Assembly: GCA_013115125.1 (NCBI GenBank)
Contig: JABANN010000296.1
Coordinates: 1 to 41,745 of the forward strand
DNA length: 41,745 bases
Reading direction: 5' to 3'
DNA from: Perkinsus olseni
Taxonomy: Eukaryota
Position numbers and translations under genes: made by a program. Shown here piece after piece: positions 11,322 to 21,738 of the stretch. The notes below the pieces were generated by a model that worked only from the letters and a program-made list of their open reading frames with translations, did not search any database and was not told where the DNA came from. The stretch's first letter is position 1; every line of letters begins with the position of its first letter.

Positions 11322-14300
11322 ATGGCCTCCTCCCGTTCCTTCGTCATGAGACTATACAACCTTGATTGGTATCTAGCAGAGCCTTATCCAGCCCTCGGGG
11401 ACCTAGACACCTCCATCATCACTGCCAAACGGCTGAGTGTATGCCCGGTCATACGGCTGTATGGTCATGTTGTGTCGGCTGACCCCGACGCCAGAGTGCA
11501 GTGCTGTCTACACGTGCACGGGTATTACCCTAAAATCCTATTCAGTGCCGAGGCCTTCCAAAGCTCTGTCACTGAGCGACAGTTCGCCGAGGGTTTGGAG
11601 TATATTATGAATGGTTGTGGTGGTGGTGGTGGTGGTGGTCAATGGGGACAGCAGCAACAGTCTCCTTGCGTGACTGATGTGAAGAAGACTCAGCGTGTCA
11701 ACATATATGGGTATCACGAGACTTCGGAGGAAATCTTCGAAGTGCGATATGTTAACCCAAGCGTATCCTACAAGCTTGCGCATGCGTACAAATCTTTGTG
11801 TGCAAGGTCGGGGAGTAACGGTAGGATCTTTGAGCTGCACATTCCCTACACGCTACAATTGGTAAGTGAGTGCGGCCTCGCCGCCGGTACGACAGTCCAC
11901 ATCAAGGCTGATGCCTGTACTGTGAGGCCTCCTCATGCTAAGCACTCTCATTCGGTCCTTGAGCTCGACGCCCCCTGTACGGCCATCCACAATCCTGAGG
12001 ACGCTCACGCCGGCACTCACCCCGCCTCTGGCCGGCTCTCAACATCTCAGCCGTGCACTGGTAGCCAAGCAGAGGCGGGCTATCCGAGGCCCTCTCCTCT
12101 CTCCGTCTCACAGTCCGAAGACGCGGACACGATGATGTGCCAACGTCTTCGAACTCTGTGGCGTAGCGAGTACGAGAGGAGCTTGGCGGAAGGGGTCCCG
12201 TTCCCCTACATCCCTGAGTCTCGGGCTACTGGTCGTCCTACTCCCCAGAGTATGCCGTGCCATGCCGAGAACGCTGCTAGGTTGGACGCCCTTCGAGAGG
12301 CAATCCGCAAGCAAGAGGCCGACAGTGGCTCCCAGGGTGCCTATCAGTCGCAGAAGGCAGTCCTTGAGGAGCTGTTCGAGGTCGTACCGGATGAAGCCGT
12401 TCCCGGCCCTGATGCTGGTCCTCTGGCCCCACCTCCACCTGATGCCGATTTGCAGGCGAACGAGTACGCCGAGAGCAACCCATCTGAGTCTTCAGCAGGG
12501 AGCGATGTGGGGTTGGGGGTAGCGTGCACGCTACTCGAGAGCAAGGCTGCCAGAGACGAGACCACAGAGGCCGTCTTAGCGCCCCGAATGAACGACTTGT
12601 ATGAGTTCACTCCGAGCCCACCGTCTAGCGAAGCACTACTCAAGGAACTTGGCGAGCCGGTGGCCTTGAGCCCGAGGTATCTTGCCGCCCCCAAGCAGCA
12701 CGATAGGACCTCGGCATCGATCGATTACTGCACTCTACTGTACCTGGAGGTGGTGATCCAGCTGCCTAGAGGCATGGACAAGTGGGACCCGACACTACAC
12801 CCGATCGTAGCAGTAGTATGCATACTGCGAGATCAACGTCAAGTTCCTCTGCAGCGGACCTGGATAGGTGTTATCGGAGACCTCCTTAAGGAGGATCATG
12901 TCCTTACCATCGATCCCCTCGCCACACTTCTTCACGTCTCCTGTGAGACTGAGCTTGTATTAGCTCTGGACCACCTCTTCGCACAGTTCGATCCAACAGT
13001 GGTCATCAGTTGGGATGCTTCTCGGAGAGGTATCGTCTTCATAGCGGAGCGTGCTCGGGTCCTGGGCCTTCCCGACAACATGTTCCATCGCGTTGCCGTC
13101 GCCCCAGTCCCTGGGCCAATGGGGCCATCCACCCTGTACGGTCGGATAACGCTAGACCTCTGGCAGACGCTGCGACAGGAGGACTCCCTCAAGCTGGCGA
13201 CCACGACCCTTCATGGAGCAGCAAAGCAGTTACTTGGGGTAACCCTACCGAGGATACCGATGTGGTTGCTGCAGGAGTGGTGGACGGATGGTTCGCGGTG
13301 TATCGAAGCCCTTAAGTATACAGTGAGGCTATGCACGCTTGGCCTGCAGCTCCTGGATGCAAGCGCCTTGCTAAGTCGGGCTTCCGAGATGGCCTCCGTG
13401 CTCGGAATGCCGGATGTGGAGGAGGTAAGGCCACCACCACGGGCGTGGCTCGATAACCCTTCCAACGATAATGTACATGACTGACAGTACAAGCGGCACT
13501 ATACGTCAGTCGGGTTTATAGGGAGCGTGAGAGCCCGCTGTGACGCAACAGGCAATAGCCGGTGAATGGAAGCCATCGATTGTAGGTTCTCACCAGAGGC
13601 AGCCAGTACAGAGTTGAGTGTATCCTGCATCGTGCTGCGACGAGGAGTGGCTTTAGTTTGGTCACGTCGTCAAAGGCACAGGTAGCAGGCAACGGCGACT
13701 TGCACAGACTCAGGTCTTTTCTGGTCAGGTTAAGGGACAGCCGGCCCTGGAAGGTGTCCCTATGGTGCTCGAGCCAAGATCCGGTTACTACCGCACCCCC
13801 ACTATAATTCTAGACTTCCAAAGCCTCTATCCGAGCATTATCATCGCCTACAACATGTGTTATTCGACATGTCTCGGTAGAGTGGAACATCACGATCTCC
13901 TGGTCTCCCTCGGGACGCAGCAGGATAAACCTTACACTGTGAGTGAAGACGGTAGGCTCTTCTGTTATTCCGATCACTCATCACCACCCACCGTGGTCTA
14001 GATGGATTTAACACGGCGTAAAGATATAGCGTTCCTCACCATGTAGAGGGCCCACAAACTAAGCTTCATACGAAGAGACTTCTCTAACTCCCTCCTCGTC
14101 ACACATCAGCAAGTAGAGAATTCGAAGGATGCGCTCATCTCGATACATACTCGACTGAGCTACCTCCTTGCTGCCGGGCGGGTGACCTTTATTCACAGAG
14201 AGTGAAGCCCTGCCTAGCGCGTACTATCTCTTACTTCACAGTTCGACAGACTACGTCTCAGCGGTGATCATGATCCGATCAATCGGGGATCAAATAGGAG

Positions 14301-16479
14301 GGCCGTTTCCCCTGTAACAATGATATCGCCGAGTTCAAATCACACAGCGCAGCATTTCTACCACCCTCAGCAGACCTGACCTTGCAATGCCGGCCGCGCT
14401 GACCTCCAGTTGCCATCGCTGAGAGCCCGGATAGCCACTCTTCCGTGCTGCCAGATAAAACGTTCGTCATCGTTACTTCAAGAAGACAACATCACGGTAG
14501 CTTCCAATGGTGCCGTGTTCGTACAACCATCCCGCAGGGTCGGTATCCTCCCTAGGATGCTACACGAGGTTGGTCCACCCACACCTCCCTCCACTGCACC
14601 CCAGCTCATATAGGTGCTCCAGACGAGGATAATGGTCAAGCGTGCTATGAAGAATGTGAAACCGAATGACTCCCCGGCCCTTCACCGGATCATGGACGCA
14701 AGACAGCTCGGCCTCAAGCTCCTGGCCAACGTCACGTGAGTGGCCTCGGGAGTTCTCATCCTTCATAAGCTCCCCTTCCATAGGTATGGTTACGCTGGAG
14801 CATCGTATTCTGGGAGGATGCCGTGCTCGGAGCTGGCTGATGCAATAGTCATGACAGCCCGCCGGACACTACAGCATGCTATGTCCGTGGCCGAAGATAT
14901 GGGCGCGACTGTTTTCTACGGCGACACAGACTCCATGTTCATACGGTGAGGTGTGGACCGTTTGGTAACTGTTAATTCCCTCTTCAGACCGCTCAACGAC
15001 CACTGTGGATCAGTGGAAGCCGCGTTCGAGTTCGGCCGTCGCCTGGCAGATTGCGTCACCAGTGCCAACCCCTGGCCGGTGAAGCTCCAACTCGAAAAAG
15101 TTTGCATGCCGTGCATTCTAGTGTCGAAAAAGAGATATTGCGGATGGGCGTATGAGCATCCCAAAGCGTCCCCTGTTTTCTTTGCCAAAGGCATCGAGAC
15201 TGTTAGAAGGGACAGCTGCCCGTTTACTGCGAACGCTGTGCGGACCGTCTTGGAGGCTATGTTTAGAACGGATCCCCGAGCCGATGAGGCCCTTCATATT
15301 GAGGCTGGGAGGCGAGCCGGTCGTGATGTCATCAGACGTGTTTTGAATGGTGAAATAAGCAAGGTGGACTTCATCTTCCAGAACCAAGTACGACTGAGTT
15401 ACCGAGGGAGGAATCTTCCGCCGGCCGCACACGTAGCTGTTATTCAAGGCTTGGACACTGGCTACAAGGAACGAGTCGCCTACGTTGTGGCACGGAAGGC
15501 CGGTGACCGATCCAACGCGAAGCTCCTCGATAGGGTGATGCCGCCTTACAGGGTCGTCGGAGCGAGGGGTCTCGTGTTAGACACGAACTACTACCTCACC
15601 AAACAGTTCTTCCCGGCGGTGCAGCGTATCTTGGCTCCCATCGTACCGAACGTCGCTGATTGGCTGAGCGAGAATCTTCAAGTGCCTGGAGGTGCTGGGA
15701 GCTTAGAGTGTTTTTCCTGTCACACACAGCTCGACCATCGACAAGGTCACCGTTGGGTCTGCGACTCTTGCCTAGCGCGAAGCCCGGCTGTTGTAGTCCG
15801 CGGTGGGGCGGAGAGAGCTCGCCGGTGTGAAGCGAAATCTCGGGCGTCGAGGCGACTGTGCGAGTACTGTACGGAAGGGTCTCTGGTGATGGCGGTTGGA
15901 TGTAGTGATGCCTACCACTGCGAGAACTACTTCCTCCGTTCCGATGCCCCCATAGCTGAACTAAGGGCTAGACGTTATCTCGCTGAGCTCGATGACAGGC
16001 TGCCGGGTGATTGGGGTCCTCAGTATCACAGCCAGAGCGACTCTAAAAGGGCATCCAGTGCTAAAACGGAGGTGCAGATGAGTCAGGAAACTTTCTCCGA
16101 CGTGCTCGCTGAACTAGGTGCTCTCGAAGATTCTGACGGCGCCGAGGTGTATTCACAAGCGGTCGGCTCATGCGATATTCCGATCGAACAGTCACCACCC
16201 GACGGAGAGCCCGAGGACCTCTCCGGCGAGGATCTATATAGCGACTTCTCTATCGAGGAGGACTCCTCGCTTGGTGATGCACAGGGCCACTCTGTTGATC
16301 ACGATGATGATCTTTCGTTGACTTCGTGGTCTATTCATGTCGCTGATTCAACACTAGACGTCCTGGAGGAGCCGGCCGAGACACGAGAGGAGGCTATCGA
16401 CTCGATCTCGCTGTCAGATGACCAGGGTACGCCCAGACCGGTCAGTGATAGCAGCTTAGAGATCATCGATTGCGATTGA
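11322..16479 (+). CDS. REV3: DNA polymerase zeta catalytic subunit
   Basis: N-terminal VCPVIRLYG..CCLHVHGYYP, FELHIPYTLQ; VLTRGSQYRVE; LDFQSLYPSIIIAYNMCYSTCLG; DARQLGLKLLANVT|YGYAGASYSGRMPC; YGDTDSMF; KKRYCG; KGIETVRRD; C-terminal Cys clusters (CFSC..CDSC; CEYC..C..C). About 7 exons. Confidence 0.96.
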
Positions 16480-16672
16480 GGCCACCGTTGAGAAGTGCTG
16501 GATTGCCGCTTAGTCCGAGTCGGGGCGTGAGAGGCGGCCACTGCGAGTGAGTGCATCGCATAAGGCGAGCTTGATTTTTATTGTGTTTTATGGTGATTTG
16601 TTACACCCTTGCACAGCGTCGAGTTATGCTAAGTACTGTAAGGCAGTCTACGGGAACGCAGCACAGCAGAGA

Positions 16673-18706
16673 TCAGCCAGAAACAATCAATCTATCAACG
16701 AGACTCAGCTCACTGTTCTGTAAGCTCCATGCATCAATCTCACGAATTCTGCCGAGCAACACCTCGGTCCTCTCGCCGCCGAGGATCGCTCCCAAGTCCC
16801 ACTGGTGCTCGATAGGGTCCTCGATCGACAGGCACCTGCCCCTTCTGCACGTCTTAGGGAACACACCGCCCAGCCTCGGACTAAGGCAATGGCTCTCCAA
16901 GTCCATCGCGCACAGCAAACGAACGAAAGCTCGACACAGCGTTTCGCAGTCACAAGGGACGCTTGCAGCTTCGGCCACGCCCGTCATGGCGATAGCAATG
17001 GCATAGCCACCTAGCCACCCCTTCGATTGGCCGCACATGTTGTGGCGTTTCATCCAGTGCTTGATGACTCGAACAGCATCAGCAAGTCCAGGCCAGGTCT
17101 CTACTTTTTGAGAAAGCCAAATGCTCTTCCTGCACCCGAGGGCGTTATTGAATGTCACATCCATGACCGTGTGCGTGGCCTTGTGAATAATGGTCAACAC
17201 CGGCACTCTTCCACCGAGGCCTGTAGCGGCTACAGTAAACTGGGAGGACTCGCTAAGGGTCCGATGGAGAGCCAGGAGCTGGGCCTGAGCAGCCTCACGA
17301 GGAGGGTAGGTTGCCTTCTCTACCTCACTCAGACTAGAGACCCACGCTTGAGGAGAGGAAGCACCGATCGGTACCAGCGTAACGTCCACGTCACCATTTG
17401 GTAAGGCGAGGCCCGCGGCCGCTGCACCGTATTCAACGCAGGTCATACCGGCAGGCTCGATAACATCTTGGAAACATCCGATAGCTTCGAGTGCTGCTCG
17501 TCGCTCCTCGGCCTCGGACCGGAGTCTATGGAGTAGTTCCGGGGTCGGCAACACTGTGCTGTTGAGGCCGGGTTCGATACAGACTTTCTCACCACGGTGG
17601 TCGGCAACCCCGATGCCTTCGCTTAGAGATGGAGAGCCGTTTTCTTTGAGGGACAACTCTAGGCGATCACAGAGGAGATCTCGATACTCGATGGTGATAC
17701 AGTCAGGCCGGCTACTCGCGAACTTCTTCCTCATGGATTCACCCTCAGCGACTCTCGCCGATGATGCCTCAGCGATGTTGCTGAGGATTCGGATCGCTCC
17801 CTCGTAGTCTCCAGCGGCCTCACACGCACGCACAACTGCTGAAAGAGTCTGCCGCTGAGGAGTAAGGCCTCGAGCACACAGCTTCTCCCACAGCCTAGTG
17901 GCCTCTCTTCCCCTCCCTGCCCGAGCACACGCCGCTATCGCGACTGTATAACAGACGACGTCTGGCTCATCGATGCGCCGTAGCAAGTCGAGGCTCTCGG
18001 ACCACAGCCCTAGGCGCTCATAAGCGCACAAAATACACGTGGCCAACACCTTGTCACCACCGGCCTCGAAGCCGCTAGCCGACAACAGCTCCAGGCCATC
18101 AGCAGCATACCCCGCTCGGATGCACCCGGAGAGGGCAGTGGCTAGATGCTGCCTGTCAATGGCGATGGCGCCACGGACTTGATTCAACAGATGGCGGTAG
18201 GCAGAAGGCGGAGAGCCATCCTGGGCCAGCCGGTGGAGGAGCAGTTGGAGCGTGTGGGGATCCCTCAGGTGATGAGCCATCGACCTCCACACGTCCATCG
18301 CTGCTGATCCGGTCATCGGCATGGAGAGGAAGGCGTTGTAGGTCCGTGAGGTGGCCATGTTGTTATCTTCGCTCAGTCTGAGCAATTCTGTGGCTTCGGC
18401 CTCGCACCCCATCCGAGCACAGGAGGCGATGCCCGAGTTCACCGCAACCGAATTGAGCGTAGGGAGGTTAGCCTTGACCAAGGCAGCGATCTCGGAGCAA
18501 CTGTACGCGTCCATGGAGAAGGCCTGGCTGTATGTGAATGCATCCGGAAGGACGTTGTGCTGGTGGGCCTTGGTAAGGAGGTCCCTGGCTTGTTCTGGGG
18601 TTCCCCTCCCTCCCTTCAAAGACTTGAGCAGCCTGTTCAAATGCCTCGTAGACCTTATCGGCAGCAGCTCTGCACTGGCCATGCGGAAGTTGCTACAGCT
18701 GAGCAT
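16673..18706 (-). CDS. PPR-repeat protein fused to a Cid1/TUT/PAP-type nucleotidyltransferase
   Basis: Intronless 677-aa ORF. About 8 PPR-like repeats (e.g. PDVVCYTVAIAACARAGRGREATRLWEKLCARGLT), then EYGAAAAGLALPNGDVDVTL, RVPVL..MDVTFNNALG, IKHWMKRHNM..KGWLGGYAI and LSIEDPIEHQWDLG. Confidence 0.88.
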   Translation of the reverse strand: MLSCSNFRMASAELLPIRSTRHLNRLLKSLKGGRGTPEQARDLLTKAHQHNVLPDAFTYSQAFSMDAYSCSEIAALVKANLPTLNSVAVNSGIASCARMGCEAEATELLRLSEDNNMATSRTYNAFLSMPMTGSAAMDVWRSMAHHLRDPHTLQLLLHRLAQDGSPPSAYRHLLNQVRGAIAIDRQHLATALSGCIRAGYAADGLELLSASGFEAGGDKVLATCILCAYERLGLWSESLDLLRRIDEPDVVCYTVAIAACARAGRGREATRLWEKLCARGLTPQRQTLSAVVRACEAAGDYEGAIRILSNIAEASSARVAEGESMRKKFASSRPDCITIEYRDLLCDRLELSLKENGSPSLSEGIGVADHRGEKVCIEPGLNSTVLPTPELLHRLRSEAEERRAALEAIGCFQDVIEPAGMTCVEYGAAAAGLALPNGDVDVTLVPIGASSPQAWVSSLSEVEKATYPPREAAQAQLLALHRTLSESSQFTVAATGLGGRVPVLTIIHKATHTVMDVTFNNALGCRKSIWLSQKVETWPGLADAVRVIKHWMKRHNMCGQSKGWLGGYAIAIAMTGVAEAASVPCDCETLCRAFVRLLCAMDLESHCLSPRLGGVFPKTCRRGRCLSIEDPIEHQWDLGAILGGERTEVLLGRIREIDAWSLQNSELSLVDRLIVSG

Positions 18707-18855
18707 TCCTCACCCCCCGATACTGTACTAACTTGACGCACACGGAAAGCCGAGAAACTATCGTTATGGTAGTGCCAATAGAGGCTGTTGGTGTTGTTGT
18801 TGTTAAGGACGTTGTTGTAGGATACAATCAGAGACTGCGGGGTAGGGCTTCACTT

Positions 18856-20079
18856 CTACTCGGTACGTTGCTTCTTTCGCTTTATGAAGGACTTGTAAGG
18901 AGTTTTGCGCTTCTCCTTCTTCGGAGCGTCCGAGGAAAGAGCCACATTACCGGCTACGTCTGAAGAGGAAGGATAGAAGAATACTCGTGCAGCGCAAGGA
19001 GGTACCTTCATCGACCTCCTCAGTGAGGGCCTCAGCAGTGGCCTCCTGCTCAGCATCCTGGCCTGCAGTGCCTTCTAGGATCTCATCATCTAACCTATCC
19101 AGATCCCCTGCAGCCCCTCCACCATCATACCCGAGTTCCACGAGTGCTGTCATTATCCCACGACAAGACAGCCGCACCTGCGACAGCATACAACGTAGAG
19201 GCACCCTACCAGCAGCTGCGGCAACAGCAACAGCAGGGCCAGTGTACTACCCCTCGCTTCCGTTGATGCTTCAACCATTCTCCGGGCTCATCGGCCCTGA
19301 CTACTACGCACTGGCTCTGGGCTACGTCATTAGGGCCAATCTCAACCCGGTACTTGACACCCAAATGCTCCCAGTACGCGAACTTCTGCCCGGGAGTGTA
19401 CCTAGGGTGGCACGAGTGTGCGAAGATTACAAGACGAAGATGGGAAGGAGTGGTATGGAATGGGGTAACGTACTCTCTCCGATGGTCGAGCCAAGCGTCC
19501 ACTCCAGCCGAGAGGAGAGCCCTCTTGACAGCTATCGAGGCCGAGTCGACTTCGGCCTTCTCCCGAGCTTTCTGCTTCCACGCGATTGGTATCTAGATAA
19601 GACGTCCGATGAAAGATGCTAATACGTCGCTCCGCTGAGCCTACCACGACAACTTCATGTTTGCTTCCCTTCTCCACTCGTTGCTGCTGCTTTACCTGAG
19701 GGCAACCGCGTCCCCTCCTGCCCTCCCACACCCCCTCCTGCCTACGGCATGCATTAACACTCTCTGCTCACGATTCTTTATCCTATTGATCTCCACCTTA
19801 ATCAGAGTCTCATCAACCCCCTCCTCCCGCATCTTTCGGACCTACGGCGCGCCGTGTGCACACAACAGACGGCCACGTTAGTACTGTCTTCTGTATGGTC
19901 CTTTGTAGGTCCCTCCTCCGCTGCTCCAAGGATTCCGGTTCCAACTTCACCTCGGCTTCAGCTCGGTCTCTCGCCTTCTTCCGCTTGCCAGCTGCCGCCT
20001 CTACCGGTACTGCTGCGGTAGTCGAAGGGTCGCATCCTTCTGCCTCCATCGTCGTGTTCTTCTTCGACTTGCGTGGCAT
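18856..20079 (-). CDS. Stand-alone ProRS-type anticodon-binding-domain protein with basic termini
   Basis: Spliced: MPRKSKK...KHEVVV|IPIAWKQKAREKAEVDSASIAVKRALLSAGVDAWLDHRRE|YTPGQKFAYWEHLGVKYRVEIGPNDVAQSQCVVVRADEPGE...KKEKRKTPYKSFIKRKKQRTE*. This matches the eukaryote-type ProRS anticodon domain pattern (PGWKFNHWELKGVPxRxEIGPxD); no class II catalytic motifs seen. Confidence 0.78.
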
Positions 20080-20370
20080 GATTCCGAGGAACCAAAGTGA
20101 AGAAGAGAACTTATCGAGGAGACTGGACCCTTTGGCAATGACCTCAGACACGCTATCACTGACACCCCGTCGCATCGGCACGGGTCCGCAGAATTCAAAA
20201 GAGAACTGTGGAGAAGGGATAGGCTAGCTGCCGGTCGGTAAAAATAGGGGGCCACGCTCGTGCGGAGCACACATCCAGTATCGGGAAAGCCTCTACCGAA
20301 GGGGTTGAGTGCACAAGGAACTCGAGATGAGTGATGATTGAGGAAAATACTAGTGAATGATAGCGCAGAG

Positions 20371-21647
20371 TCAGGATATGTCTAGGGTTACCTGACGAGA
20401 TATCATATAGGATGCAAAAATGTCACGCGCCACGAAATTACAAGTCGAACTTCTTACCGAGCTGATAACACGGGCACGGCAAATAGGGCACTTAGCGTTC
20501 GATGGGTCCTGCTGCAGCAGCCTCGCACAGTCAGAGCCTGATCCACTGCAGCTGGAAGAGGGAATGTCGATGACTGCGATTGTCGGGAACAAGACACCCC
20601 TCCCGTGTACTTACATAGAGCTGTGTGTCCACAGGGTAACAAGGCAGTGTTGATGGGGATAGTCAGGCATATCGAACAAGTATCCCTCGACTTGGCACCG
20701 CTGCCTTCGCCTGATAACGTCGGCATGGTCGTGGGTTCGACCCCTGCAGCCTACCGTTTCTGGTCATATCAGCAAGACCATAGAGCGCGCCAGTAGCCAC
20801 GACTTTGCCGTTTGGTAGTTTGTGTATTTGCTCGGGCACAGTGAGCGTAGTGGCATCAGCGTCAGCGGCCGAGAGGTACATCAAAGTGCTGCTGTGTGTC
20901 GCTGCCACGAACACCTCTACGACCTGAGCAACGACGTAGAACATTATCCTCACTCCCATTGACCCGGGTTCGAGTCCCGGCTAGTGTATTTTGGCTTGAT
21001 GGCTACACGGGTAACAATACTAGTACTTACCAGCGGCCAATGCTGCTCACTCATCGCCTTCAGCATGACTGAGGCTGGTTCCAAGTCGAACTCGAGAGTG
21101 GTGGTTTGGGTATCGGGACTAGTACTGGGCACACGCTTACTTGCCGAATGCTCATAGCTCAGCACTGGCCAATGCAAACGTCGACCACGGGAAGAGGAGG
21201 AGGGCTCATCTGAGGAGGACTAGGTGTCTGCGTTAAGGATGCCTCGACCGGCCGTACATTTGTTGATGGCGTTCATGTAGACAGTGACCATAGTGTCAGC
21301 AGAGTAGACCAGAGTGAACGCCACCTTACCACTCTCCACTCGAAAGGACGGTCTATCGACCTGAAGGAGGCGGTCTGGGCATACCCACACTGAGCGAGGC
21401 TCCCTACATATGCCTGAACGGCTACTGGCGTCAGATGCTCGCCAGCGGCTGCTGTTCTGCTCGGGCGACCCGTATTGGGGGCGTTCGCCGCACTACCGGC
21501 AGGATTGAGGACAACTTCACTTGAAGTGCCATCGGGGTTCAACCGTATCTGATGAGAAGGAGAATGGTGCACCCCGGGATCGAACCAGAGACCTACCACA
21601 CGCTGCTGGGGTAATGGTGGTAATGTCCGAGACTCCTGTTGGCCCAT
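20371..21647 (-). CDS. MGRN1/RNF157/LOG2-like RING-HC E3 ubiquitin ligase
   Basis: MGQQES (myristoylation-like start); TVPEQIHKLPNGKVVATGALYGL resembles the pre-RING block of this family; RING CSICLTIPINTALLPCGHTALC|SDCARLL..KCPICRARV; ends VTLDIS*. Confidence 0.75.
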
Positions 21648-21738
21648 GCCTGAATAAAAAGTCTGATGCATACTCATGAGAAGCATCCTAGGCATAAACG
21701 CAACCGATGATGCCAGCGTAAGATACTTCTTGGTTCCA

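Noticed and set aside
18987-19622. 211-aa plus-strand ORF
   Set aside because: Antisense to the anticodon-domain gene, non-ATG start, no recognisable motifs.
20988-21012. Partial resemblance to the perkinsid/dinoflagellate spliced leader (GTAGCCATC on minus, ATTTTGGCT on plus)
   Set aside because: Only ~9-nt matches, on opposite strands; no full 21-22-nt leader followed by GT.
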